Shown here one piece after another: positions 27,501 through 40,106 of a DNA stretch of 64,000 nucleotides. Origin of the DNA: Sphagnum compactum. Taxonomy: Eukaryota. Position numbers and translations under genes: made by a program. Below the pieces are notes generated by a model that was not told where the DNA came from, did no database searches, and was given only the letters and a program-made list of their open reading frames with translations. Each line of letters starts with the position of its first letter. Within the stretch, counting starts at the first letter, position 1. The DNA is taken from contig OZ234494.1 of NCBI GenBank assembly GCA_965153455.1, forward strand, positions 12,896,001 to 12,960,000, read 5' to 3'.

Positions 27501-29958
27501 TAGTCCTGTTGTTGAATCAGAAGAGCCAATTAGTGCAAATCTTGCACTGCCAGTCATGGCGGCAGCAACAGAACATGTTCCAGAGTTTGATGAGGTTGTG
27601 AAGGACTTGACGCAGCACACAGAGGGTCAAGGCACAAAGCCCGTAGTAGGTTCAGTACCATTTGTTGTCAATGACAACAACAATAGCCTTACCCTCGTAA
27701 AGCCTGTTGTGAAGCTGCATGAGAATTCCATTGGAGATGCTGTTGTTGAAAAGCTTGTTGTTGACATAGTTGATGTGGGTGTGAAGGGATTTGATGATGA
27801 ATCCAAGGAAGTGATTAGTTGTGATGCACAGAAGCCAGGAGCAGAAGAAGGAAACAAGCAGAGTCTGTGTGTGGAGAAAAAGCCATATGCCTTACACCTT
27901 ACTTCCTTACACTCAAAAGCCTTTGAGGCACCCTACGGTGGACTGCGAGGAAGAGTGACAGCGAGGCTGCAAGCTACATTGTCAAAAAGTGAATCATCAA
28001 AATCGTCAGGAAGTTTTCTAGCAAGTAGCTTAGATGTGTCACAGAGCACGGATACCATCTCCTCTTGTCCAAGTAACAGTTCCTGGGAAGATCCGCAGTA
28101 CTGCTTGAGCTCTGGATTTTGGGAGATGATGAAATCAAGTCCAACAAATGCTCATGTTTTGGATGATGTACTTGATCTACCTTTCCCCATGGAATTGCAG
28201 AAACGAGGGACAGGCATCAAACAGGGTGAGGATGATGTCACAAAGTCCAGTCCCAGCTGTGATCAATGTGCACTTGTGAGATTTGGAAGTGTGAGAGCAA
28301 GTCAGCCAGAGGATGAGAGTATAATCAAGCAGCAGACTCCTTCAGAGGAGAATTGCTTGGATTATTACTCTGTTGACAATGCTTTTCTGGGTGGATCCAA
28401 AACAACAAGTGCAGCAGGACTGTGGCAGATAGTTGAGAATCTCAAGACTCTGAGTGATTCAGAGACCAAGAAGAAAGATGAGATCATGACGGAGACTGAT
28501 AGCAGAACCATTAGTGCAAGAACAAGTAACCAAACACTTGCCAGTGAAGAGATTGTGGTTGAGCATGGCATGCTTGTGCCCCCAAAGGCTGTTGAGAATA
28601 TGCATGCTCTGGATAGTGTTGCTGCACTTGATGGGAAAATGGTGACACTTCCGAACATGGTGGTGTCTCCAGTTAAAGATGAGATTGTTGAGAACTCTGA
28701 ATCTCCAGGCCCAAATTCTCGGAAGCATTTGTCATCATTTAAGTTTGGGCAGACTTCAACAATAGCAGAGCCTGAGAGAAAAGACATGTTGAACATGAGT
28801 TTGGAGGTTTTCACTGATGACAACTTGAAGCAAGAAGTGCCTCTTACTGGAAAATTGCCTAGCAAATCCCAGACAATGACTCCTGGAAGAAAAGCAATGG
28901 ATGCTTTAAATGGTATGCAGCTCAGCAAGGTGAATATGGTGGTGACAGACGGGAAATCTTCAATGCAGGAAGTGCAAGCTGGAGACTCTTCTCAACCAGT
29001 TCAACTGACACAGTGGAGCACAAATGGGAACAGGAGGATGGCAGAGGAGCTGAATGGTCAGAGTAGATTTTCAAACAGCACGGTGCATCCTGGCTCAGTT
29101 TCAGAATACTTTGAATGGGAGCGGAGTTCGCTAGGTAATTTTTTTCTCTATTTGTAGATCCCCAGTTTGAAGAGGAAAATTTCAACCATAATGATCTGAT
29201 TTTGTTTGTATCTGGGTTTAGAGAACACAAATGATTCATGGTTAGGTATTATTGACACAAGCGCATGATGATCATCACTCTTCTATCTCAGAATCTTGGT
29301 GCAAAATTTTGTGTGTTTTTGTTTTGCAGATGAGGGTAGCTGCAGCAGTGGCAGTGGCAGCAAGTGCACAGTTGCTGCATCAGGGATGGTTTCCCAGAAC
29401 ATATCACTAGCAGAGGTGACAGATCGAATTCTGTTCTGCAGCAGCATAGTTCACGACCTTGTGTATGAGGCAGCAGAGCTTGCGAGCAAGAAGGAGAAAA
29501 AAAGTAGTAGAACTACTGCATCTTCTTCTGCAGATCTCAAAGCTTTTTCACCAAATGCTGGAATTCTAAGTGGGCAGGAGAAATACTGTGAGCGTGACAA
29601 CAATCAGAATGGGCATGCACAAGAGGAGAGCACCAATGTGGGAAATGAGAAATACCATGAGCATGACAACATGCATGGGCATGCACAAGAGGAGGGCACC
29701 AGTCTGAGAAATGGGATCACCATGACAGCACGACACTCACTTACTTACCCACCAAATGAAGGATTTGAAATGCCACCTGGGTCGAGGAAAGCCATGTCAA
29801 GTCCACAAGTGCAAGTGATGTGCATTCGCAGTAAGGAAGCAGAATCGATGGTCAAGGAAGATGTGATCATGCATCCCACAGAAACAGTGAGGTTAAATCA
29901 TGAGGTCAAGTTTAATGCAAAAAAGACAAACGACAAATGTAGGTGTGTAATACTGTGA
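21559..29958 (+). CDS. Very large basic proline-rich (BPP-family, At1g27850-like) putative microtubule-associated protein, ~2504 aa, 6 coding exons
   Basis: Exons 21559-21763, 21906(or 21909)-22014, 22245-22371, 22532-23605, 23764-29134, 29330-29958. All are GT-AG and phase-compatible (7515 nt). Family motifs: HRRGYS...EKDEDLALFQDM, LLNSDAEKNDYDWLLTPPGTPLFPSLD, RPSTPT repeats, PPNLRTT.DR, FRPLM, and C-terminal SLAEVTDRILFCSSIVHDLVYEAA and KCRCVIL*. Confidence 0.9.
26110..27099 (+). repeat. Coding minisatellite: 22 x 45 bp (15-aa unit GPDPQALVASTLQTA)
   Basis: 22 in-frame units counted in the 23749-29157 ORF; no indels. Confidence 0.95.
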
Positions 29959-30057
29959 GAGGATCTCTCTCATGATTTCCTTCCTCTCTAATGTACAATG
30001 TTTGATGTGTAGTGATCTATATGCATTCTACAAGAATCAAGCCCATTGGGGCACTAC

Positions 30058-30285
30058 CCAAGGTTTTCCAAATAGGTACCCATTTGCTGCATTTTGGTCA
30101 TGTCCATTAAGGTTTTCCAAATACCCATTTGCTGCACTTTTGTCATGTTCATTAAGGTTTCCAAATACCCATTTGTTTCATTTTGGTCATTTTCATTAAG
30201 GTTTCCAAATACTTATTTTCTATATTTTTTGTCGGTTTCATTGAGATTTTCCAAATACCCGTTTCCCACATTTTTGGTCATGCTC
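30058..30285. repeat. Minisatellite ~5 x ~44 bp just 3' of the BPP-like gene
   Basis: aaggttttccaaatacccatttgctgcattttggtcatgtccatt-like units. Confidence 0.8.
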
Positions 30286-30449
30286 ATTCACTTTCTTGTG
30301 GTAAAATCGAAGCATGTACTAACTTCTGATAATTGTTGTGCTTTGCAAATCATGCACAAATTGTTGGACCCTATTGATATGGATAAAAAACTGTGCAAAT
30401 TGACTCAAACCTTGCCATTGGAGCATATGTCAAATTGTGGTCAATGTCA

Positions 30450-30990
30450 TAGGATTGCAAAAAACCCTTTCCCACAAGTCATGCCTTACATCTTTGAATA
30501 GTGCAAACCAGTGCCAAGCTTCAGCTTATACACCAATTTGCACTTGATTGTCTTCCTCCCAGGTGGCAGATCAACAAGCATCCAAGTTTTGGTCTTCCTG
30601 GGGGATTCATACTCATCTTTCATGGCATTCAGGGGTAAGCAAAATTACCAGATGAATGGCCTACTTGCTCCAATAATTGTGCATACAAAGTTTTGACACT
30701 TAACTCTGCAAGTGGGACATTATCTCAAGCCACCATCAATGTATTGTAAGTCACCGACAACCCATCAATTGGAGTTTGGTTAAGACTTGTTGCTTAGTTA
30801 AATTCTCACTCAACATCACTCAACTGCTTCATGATAAGAGATTAGTTTGCACTTCACAATTTTCCTGCTATGTGGTATTGCAGTTAATCAACTATGTATA
30901 TAACATGTGCTCCTCATCAACTGATTGAAGAACATACACAATTGCTATATGGTTCTTTTTATCCCAAAGCTTCATCACGTGTCTGTTGAA
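30450..30990 (-). mobile_element. Internally deleted, decayed Ty1/Copia remnant (Gag piece abutting the RT N-terminus)
   Basis: Minus strand reads ...TYNTLMVA*DNVPLAELSVKTLYAQLLEQ (Copia Gag-like), then NAMKDEYESPRKTKTWMLVDLPPGRKTIKCKLVYKLK...TIQRCKA*LVGKGF (start of RVT_2). Confidence 0.8.
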
Positions 30991-31949
30991 AAATTAGTTT
31001 ATTTTGAAATTTTCATTTTGACAAGTGGAATGTTCTTGAAGATTCAATATCTTCCTTCACGATTTTTTTAAATTTGAATTTTAAATTTTTATCTTTTACA
31101 TTTCTGAAAGCAATATAATTAGTGTCAAAGTTGCCAAGGTAGTAGTAGGGTAGGCTTGATTATTCTATACGATTGAATGACAAAGTTCAACACAATACAC
31201 ATTGGTGGCCTCACTTACAAATTGATCAAGTTTCACGTTCAATCCCACTTCTAATGAATAGTAGTGCTAGTTATGATTTCAAGACAAGAAAATTGTGAAA
31301 AAAACCCAATTTTGTTAAGTCTTTCAATGTTATAGAACCTTTTCAAATGTTTCAAAATTTTAGTTCATTTTTAAAATTAATTTCAAGGTTATTGAGCTAC
31401 TCCAAAACATGGAAGGTTTAAAAAATGTTTCAAAAACCTTTGAAAGTATAAATTACCAACTGGAAAACATTGGGGCGCCAATTAATAAAAGGAAGAAGAA
31501 AGGGTGAACATTTTGAATCATTTTCAAATTTAATTGAAAAACATGTAGAGGATAATTATTATTAAAATGATAATGATGAATTACATTTTTAAATTGGTGT
31601 TAATAATCTCCAAGTCCTATTTATCTTTTTACGTTAAAAAATCATCAAAATTTTCGAATTCACTTTCTTTATGATCCGTATAAGAAGTGATCTTTAGTTC
31701 ATTTTTCCTTACAAGAATTTTAATTTTAATTCATTTTCTTTGCAATTGCAAATATAACATTATGGTAACATGTATTTTTTTTAAAAAATCCTCTTTCTTT
31801 CCAGCATCATGTAATAATGTTACGGTCACATGTAAAAATTTTAAATAGTTATTCATTGTCTTTAAAATCATGTGTGATAATGTTATAGTTTCATGTAAGA
31901 ATTGTTTTTGGGAATTGAATGTTGGTCTTCATTGGAACCAAAGACCCAT

Positions 31950-32752
31950 GCCCTCCATGTCAAGAACAAAAATTAGATTGTCAAGATGGTGACCTATTTA
32001 TGTTGTTCCATTACTTGTTTTTTTTTCATAGATCGTGCTACTTTTAAAATGACAATTGTCACCAAACTAGAAAAATGCTAGGAAAATACTTGTGTACTTA
32101 AAATTTTTGCTTATAAGAAGGATAGCCAAAATCCTACTAGCCTAATCATAGAAAAACCTAAGTTGTCACTACATGTTGGAGAACATGGAATTAATGCACC
32201 AACATGAAAGTGCCTTTTGTGTTTGGAGTCCATATATTTTGTAATTGGGCATTGACAATCTTAATATATAGAAGTTGGGAACATAAAATCACACTTAACC
32301 ACCATAGTAAATTTTTTAAATTATTGTATGGTTCTCCACTAGGGCTAGGCATTTCAACTTTTTGAATTTTGTTGTCCACCTTGTATCACAAGGCTTATTA
32401 TTGACTTGAAAGCTTTAGGCTTCTTGGGACGTTCAAATGATCGATGTCCCTCCTAACAATAATTAAAACATAGGCCTATTTGCCTATGTTCCTCGTGCTT
32501 CTTATCGAAAAGATGTTTCCATGGGGTTGGTGTAATTGTAGATTTGGATTGAAGCCTTGAAAATCCTTTCAATGGATCCACTTGGCTTTTTCCAATTTTT
32601 TTTTTTTTTCCCCTCTTTTGAAAGCTAGATGGTTGGGATGCCTTTCTTGGCCAAAACCCAAGTTTCCCGCTAGGGTTATACCTTGTTTGTTGGGTCTTAT
32701 GTTGCCTTTCCAAGGTAATTGCCTTATAATAGGTCTTAACTTCTATTGCCAA
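31950..32752 (-). mobile_element. Decayed Ty3/Gypsy gag (zinc knuckle) and possible protease, inverted relative to the adjacent pol
   Basis: Minus strand reads ...KKHEEHRQIGLCFNYC*EGHRSFERPKK (degenerate CCHC), followed by IKIVNAQ...FHVL...LG (protease-like, weak). Confidence 0.55.
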
Positions 32753-32759
32753 CTCATGA

Positions 32760-33925
32760 CTTCAAACCATGGTTATATTAGACCTAGTAAATCCCCATGG
32801 GGGCACCTATATTGTTGAAGAAAAACAAAATGGAACAATTAGGATGTGTGGGAACTATAGTTGTTGAATAAACTTATTATAAAGAATAGATTTCCCTTGT
32901 GCCACATCCATGATTATTTGATTATTTGATTATTTGTGTGTAACACAAGTTTTTTCAAAAATAGATTTATGTAACAAGTATCACCAAATTCGGGTGAAAG
33001 AATTGGATGTCTATAAGATGGTGTTTTAAATTCAATTTGGGCACTATGAATTTTTGGTTGTGCCATTTGGGCTAACCAATGGTTAGCCACCTTTATGTGT
33101 TTAATGAACACATTGTTTTGGGAACATATTGGGAAGTTTATCTTGGTGTTTATGGATGACATACTAGTATATTCCAAATCATTATGTTAGCATGAATAAC
33201 ATTTATGATAGGTGTTACAAATACTAAAAGAAAACAAGTTGTATGCAAAGGAAAGTAAGTGTGAATTCTTTTCCTTTCAAGTTGAATGCTTGGTTTTATT
33301 GCATCCAAGGAAGGTTTATCAATTGATTTCAAGAAGATACAATCAGTGGTTGATTAGCCTATCCCAAAAAACTGAATAGACCTAAAGGGGTTTGTAGGAC
33401 TTGTGAGTTTTCATTGAAGGTTTATCAAGTCATTTTCCAAGATTAATTGTAACCTCACCAAGTCATTAAGGAACAATAGTGAAATAATGTGGACCTTAAC
33501 ATGTGAAGGTAACTTCAATATTCTAAAAGAAGCTTTCACATTAACACTTGTTTGAATTAATGGATTATGACAAGGAATGCTTAATCCTATGTAGATATGC
33601 AAATAAAGTAGCTATTAATGTTGTTTTAATGCAAGAAGGTAATATTGTAGCCTATGAATCAAGAAAATTAAGTTCAACCAAACACAACTACCTTATTTAT
33701 GAGAAAGAATTACTAATTATTGTCCATGCCTTGAAGGTTTGGTGACATTACCTTTTAGGCAAACATTTTAAGATTTAGACCAACCATGCTAGCTTGAGGT
33801 TCTTGACCACACAACCTACCTTGAGTTGTAAGCAATGTTGTTGGGTGGAATTACTTTAGGAATTTTCTTTTGATATACAATTTGTCATAAGGAAGGAAAA
33901 TGTGGTGGCTAATGCTTTATCTAAA
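32760..33925 (+). mobile_element. Decayed Ty3/Gypsy reverse transcriptase and RNase H
   Basis: GYIRPSKSPWG, NGTIRMC, GHYEFLVVPFGLTN, LVFMDDILVYS, AYESRKLSSTKHNYLIYEKELLIIVHALKVW*HYLLG and KENVVANALS, with many stops and frameshifts. Confidence 0.92.
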
Positions 33926-35335
33926 AGAAAATGGGCTTGGCGCAAGCACTCAATCATGAACCACATTCGCCCATTTAAGCCATTACTTTTTTTCCAAGAA
34001 TATTTTTGGCATCTTTTTAAAATTTTATTTTTTATTTAAAATAAATAGGGTTCTTTATCCTATTATGTAAATTTAAGCAATCATATCTTCTTCAAGGCTA
34101 TCATGGCAAGCTTGTCAACACCGTCCATGAGCTGATCCACCTTTTTCATCATCACCTCCAATGTATGTTCAATGGTAGACAATATGGTGTCCAAGTTCTA
34201 TTCAATAACATCCAACTTATGCTAAATGACATCCAACCTCTGCTTGACCATATCTATTTTTTGTTTGATCGCTTGGAACTCTTTGTCCACAAAATTGAAT
34301 CATTGTGCTTCAAAAGTGTTCTTGAGAATGATCTTGTTGGTGGCAACCACTAGTCCAGCATTAGTCAATCCTCCACCCAAGATTTTCCACAATTCTTTGT
34401 GGTACATTTGTAGGTATTCACACAAAAGTAATATAAATGAAAAAAACACAAAAGCTAGGCCAGGGAATTGCTACCAAACATGATCACTACTTATTAAAAA
34501 GAGACTTTAAAAAACTATGAATTTATAAAACCAATAGAAAGTATAAAAGGAACAACACGAGAAGTGATCACAAAATAAATGGTGACAATTTTTTCATCTA
34601 TAAATTCAAAGGCACATTTATAGTAAAAATTCACTAAGTGATGTGGTGGAGAAAGATCCTCTTGCTAACAGTTTCATCATGCCTCACACATAGTGCCCTA
34701 TCATGGCATAAATCTAGAACATGGAAAAACTTAATTGAACCTTTATTTTACATTTACAACTTGCGAAACATGAACACATGAACAATGGATTTGCAAGACC
34801 CACGTAGTCTTTTACATGGTGACATTACTAACATCCACACATGATACACACAAAAATCCAAAAGAAAATACATCTAAGTAAAACCTTCACATGCAACATC
34901 CATACACCTACCATTGGATGAAAATGAAGTCTTTATGGTTGCAAGAAAAGGTAACCTATCTACACAACACACACACACAACAATGAAGAGATTTTTGCAA
35001 CAAAACCTCACCCCTTTGCATGGCGTAGATGCAATAGTGAAAAGTATAACTTCACCCCTTCAAATGGCATAGGTGTAATAGTGAAGAGCAAAACCTCACC
35101 CCTTCACAAAAGTAACAATGAAAAGCCCATGTCTCCACCAAGATTTTGCTTTTCCAAACATTACTAAACTAAAAAAATGAACTAAATAAGTAGACATCAA
35201 ACTCTCCACCTAGGAAAACATAGAATCAAACAATTTGATTCAAATAATATTAAATTTTGTTACAAAAATTGTATTTACAAAAAATGCTTAAATATTTTGA
35301 AAAAAGATTGTCAAAGGTGTTTTTTTTTTTTAAAA

Positions 35336-35935
35336 TTGAAAATAAAAACCCTAATTTTGAAAGGTGTAGAGGGGTAGATTTTGCATGGAGTGCTGTTCTC
35401 TTATGATGTTAAACATTGGTTTTTCTGGGGGCAAGTTTCCACACAATGGTGAATATTTTTTTTGGAAATCTTGAAATCGAAAACAATGCTAAAAATTTGG
35501 AAAACAATTGCCAAAGTTTCCATAACCAAAAAAATTGAAAAGAAAAACTTTAAGTTTGAAAGGTATGGGGGAGTAAATTTTGCATAAAATATGGTTTTCT
35601 AATGTTGTTGAACATCTTTTTGGGGAGGGGGGGGGAGAGGCAATGGGGTTTGGGTGCAAGTTTTAACACAATGGTGATGATTTTTTGAAAAAAAATTGTA
35701 AACTAGAAAAAAATGTTAAAGAATTGGAAAACAAATCACCAATTTTTTCAAAAAAAAAAATTGAAAATAGAAAACCTTGATTTTAAAGTTTGGAGGGTGG
35801 GCATATTCCACATGGAATGTGGTTTTCCAATGTTGTTGGACATTGGTTTCACTTTGGATGAGTTTTTCACACAATGCCAACAACAATAAATAAATAAATA
35901 AATAAATAGAAATTGTAAAACTTGAAAAAAATCCT
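35336..35935. repeat. Diverged tandem triplication of a ~200-230-bp unit
   Basis: ttgaaaa..aaacc..ttttgaaagg..ggg..attttgcat..tggttttc..atgttgttg.acat..caagttt..acacaatg recurs at ~35336, ~35533 and ~35760. Confidence 0.7.
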
Positions 35936-37354
35936 TTTAGAACAAAAAGAAAATAAAATTGTTGATTCTAAAGGGTGGCAACAATGTAAATTCTGGATGG
36001 AATGTGGTTAGCTAATGTTGTAGTTACATCAAAAATATATCTTTGTCTTTCCTTAATGGATAAAACAAGGTTGAAACTTTTTGTCAAAACCCCTTTCAAC
36101 AAGTTTTGCAAGGTTGGTTTTTTATGTTCGCACACACAATTGCACGCACATGAGGAGAAAGGCGAAAACAAACACAAAGTGAAAGAAAGGGGGTTTGGAA
36201 AATGCAAAAAAACAAGCATCATTTCGTTTGCAAAGATTACAAAACAAAGCAATGAGTTTTTAAACTTTTGTTTGAGCTTATTTTGAAGATACATTGTTTG
36301 TTTTTTGTTTTGATGCATTGAATGTATCCCCCATTAACAAAAGCCAATGTTCAAACATTGTGCAGGAGCACTAAAAATATGAATCAAAGAATAACATTTT
36401 ATAAGTTCCATAAATTTAGTTGGAATCAATTCGGTTTCAAGGTGATTGATGCATGCATTGCGTTTTTTGAGCATGGGGAAGGAAGGAAGGAACAAGGAAC
36501 CTAATCCAAAAAAGTTGTTGTGCATTACCACATCGGCACCTACAACTATTGTTGTTGTCACACATACAACACATAACAAATAAAACCCAAAATGCTACAC
36601 CATATCCAAACCAAAATGAACTCACCTATAACAACATAAGAAGTCAAACCCAAAACATAAAAACAACAACACAAACACAACGTACCACGAAAAGCTGCAT
36701 AAACATAGAAAAACTTGCAAAACATTAAACACAACAATGTCTAAAATTTCAAATCACCTTGAAGAGGGATTCAAGACCACAAAACTTTGGTTTTATATCC
36801 AATCCAGAAATGAACTTGAACCTATTCACATTGGAATTGGTTCACAATTAAGTTACACACTAAAATAGATTAGCCTAATTAAGCTAGATTAGGCATAATG
36901 AATTTAAAGTTAATTATATTGCTAATCATAATCACTTGACAAAGTAAGTAAGCATGTATTAAAATTTACCAAAAATAAATAGGTATGAGTTTGTTAAATA
37001 CATTGAAAAAATAGTGGTTACAACTACTTAAAAAATCCTTTTGCATTTTTTTATTCATTGAATTTAGTTAAAAATTTTAAAATATGTATATCAATAGATT
37101 AAAAATTTATTAAAAAATCCATTTGTAGGTTTTTTCCCCCTAAAGTGTTAGATACACAAAATTAAATAATGTTTTAAACTATTTGGGTACATGTTTGCAA
37201 AACTACACAAAATTTTAATACCATCTTTATGATTAGGGGTGGGTTAACAAGTGAGATAAACAAAAAATATATTACAAACCATATTTGCATCCTTTTGTGC
37301 CTTATCATGAATGGTAAAATCCTAGGAAAAGTCAAGTGAGTACCTAACTTATGT

Positions 37355-37680
37355 ACTAAAGGATAAAATATTATATTACAATGGTCAATTGTGGATCTAT
37401 GAGGACACAAATTGTAAGTTGATTTTTTCTATGATTGTCATAACATCCCAATTATCGGTCATTTGGGAATTTAAAAAACTTATTTCATGATTAAAAAAAT
37501 CTTTTTTTTGCTTGGCATGAAAAAGGATATTTGTGAATATGTAAAAAGGTGTTACCAATGTTACATGTCAAATATAAATCAACAAACACTTGTATATACC
37601 GGGTGCAAAATGGCAATCCATAAGTATGGATTTTATTGTGGACCTACCTAGGACAAAAAGAGGCCACAATGACATATTTG
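37355..37680 (+). mobile_element. Gypsy integrase N-terminal part (HHCC zinc domain and start of core)
   Basis: KDKILYYNGQLWI...DCHNIPIIGHLG...GMKKDICEYVKRCYQC...KWQSISMDFIVDLPRTKRGHNDIF, interrupted at 37680. Confidence 0.9.
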
Positions 37681-40106
37681 CAGGCTTAGATAATTTAGGT
37701 GATCGCCTGAATTACCTAAATTAGCTTAATTAAGGCTCGTCTGGGAAGGTTAATTAAGGCAGTATGTAGCGTGGACAAGTTTTATTAATTTGATTCAAAA
37801 AGTTGTTCAATAAACAAATACTGCTTCGTCTGCAAAACTCCCTCAAGGCCGAAATCGGATAGCGCCTTACGGAACTCAACCTTCTCCCAACGTAACACGA
37901 AAAATTTAGATTCAACGATGGATGTTCTGAGAAACAAAGTTGCGACAATGCCACAATAGTCAATCAAATTGGGGAAACGAGCACCAAGCAAACACCAGCC
38001 CTCAGCAAATGATGATTTTTCGGTGAGCGCATCAATACTTTGCTTTAGGATTGGTTCATGTTGGTATGCCTGAATAAGTGCCTTGTGCTCGTTTGTGACT
38101 AGATCGATCTGCCCAAAAGAATAGTGATGTTGCAACCGATAACCGTGCTGACACATCTTGTGGAGAAAATTAGATGTCGTCGTATTAATCTGTTTGACCT
38201 CATTAGCTTCGTTGATGATTCCCTCCACCAAGCTCGCGTTGACGAAATTTTTTTGAACATTTGACAGAGAACCAACATAACGCCCATTGAAAACATGGGT
38301 CGTTGGGTCCAAGTCCTGAATTGATTTAGTAGTGAGCGGACTAGTCACTCCAATGTCATCGATGAAAGAACTGACGAAAACATCAAGTTCTGCCTTCTGC
38401 TGTGCCACTAATGTTGTCAGTCCTTGAATCTTGCGAAAAGTGACAACAATGTAGCTTGTGAAGTCATCCATCACAAACAAATAAGCCCACCAGAATCAAG
38501 GCGGGGCGGAAGCTGGCTGTTTCGTTTTAATGTGCGCAAGGAGTTTAGGGCGATGAATCTTAAACCACTTTGTAACCTTGTATGTAGAAAGCCAATGGTT
38601 GACGATGCAAGGGCATGTTGTACCCATGTCCATGATCAACTTCTGTTGTTGGGTGAGGTGCGTGATGAAGCTAGTCATTATTGAGAAGAAACATTTTTTA
38701 ACCACCTCGTTCATGATGTGCTCCATAACACGGTCGAGTTGATGCGCTCCGCAACAAATACAAAAGAGAAAACAATCGTCATGCATAGAATCCTGAAGTC
38801 GGGTCACAACACCAGCAACACGCCTGGTCATATTTCAAGCTCCGTCAGATGATAAACCAAGAAGGCGAATCTTCCAATGAGGACAAAGTACTGTTAAGAA
38901 ATTATAGACCATTTTGAACATGACTTCACTCATATGCCGCTGGAACATCGGTAGTGCGCATCCATGCAAGTTGGTGATGGTGTGATGCTCTTCCACATAC
39001 ACATGGATATGCAAGTCAAGATAGGATGTGCTTTGGTGGGTACTGGAATCTAGCGCCAATGAGAAAGCCCATGAACGTCATAAAATGTCGGAAATATGCT
39101 ACAAAGTGACGACATAGACAACCCTGACAAAGCTGCTCATGTGGTGACGAGTGCAAAAACGTAGAAAAGGATCGGACATGACTTTGTACATGTAGCTTAT
39201 GATGTTCGCCGCCGTACGAAAAGAAGTCTTGCACAAGACGTAGCAAATCGCCAAATGGAATAGCTTTGTCTTCGTCTTAGGGATCAAGATGGTATACGAA
39301 TGCGGCACCCCATCTTTGTCTAGCTTGGTTCGTTTGAACAATAATGACGCCCATTCTTTCGTTTTTGTAACAATTGTTCAATGTCGAACAAGTATAGCGG
39401 TTCGTTCAACTTCATTGCCAAACGTAAGATTCTCCTCAACATTTTCATTGTCGCTATCAGCTTCATCTTTGACTTTGTACATCATGTCACCGATGAGAGT
39501 TTCAACGATGTCCTTGTTGATGTCGAAGACAATTTGTTGTTCACCCATAGACTTGAAAACAAAATGTGCTTTGATTGAGTTCTTGAATACGATAAGCACA
39601 TCGGTGAAAAGTTGTTTGTGCTCAAAATTGGAATGGATCGTGTCATATTCCAACCACTTTGTTCGATGTTGGGTGCGCATATGGTTCTCAATATTGTCGT
39701 ATTGAAAAGGGGTAGACCATCCCTACACTTTAGTCGTGGCCTTGCGCCTGGAGCTGACCTTCTTTTCTTGACCGAATGCAATACAGAAACGGCACTGCAT
39801 ACCAATCACCTTTGAAGTCTTAGGATCGCGAGACGTAACGATCATTCCATATTTGCGATCATATCCTTAATGTACGATGATGAACGAGCCGACATTGATG
39901 CAAAGATCGAATATGAGCGCAAATATCGCTGAATACAGGTTGAAACTAACCAAAACCAACAACAGAACTCGCTTTCTACTCCATCCAGACTTGTATTCCA
40001 CTTGCAACTACCGAAGTCCACACAGCCTTATTTTAGGCGCATCAATCAAAACACATTTAGGTAATTTGGTGGCACAACCCTCGATCGCCTAAACTATCTT
40101 GGCTTG
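37681..40106 (-). mobile_element. Full-length hAT-type DNA transposon (2426 bp) with disrupted transposase, inserted into the Gypsy integrase
   Basis: Perfect 8-bp TSD CATATTTG (37673-37680 and 40107-40114). 25-bp TIRs CAGGCTTAGATAATTTAGGTGATCG / CAAGCCAAGATAGTTTAGGCGATCG (20/25). Minus-strand transposase pieces: CRFCIAFG (Zn-finger-like), ALDSSTH, LLGLSSDGA*NMT, CGAHQLD, VATLFLRTSIVESKFFVLRWEK...LSDFGLEGVLQTKQ. Confidence 0.92.
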
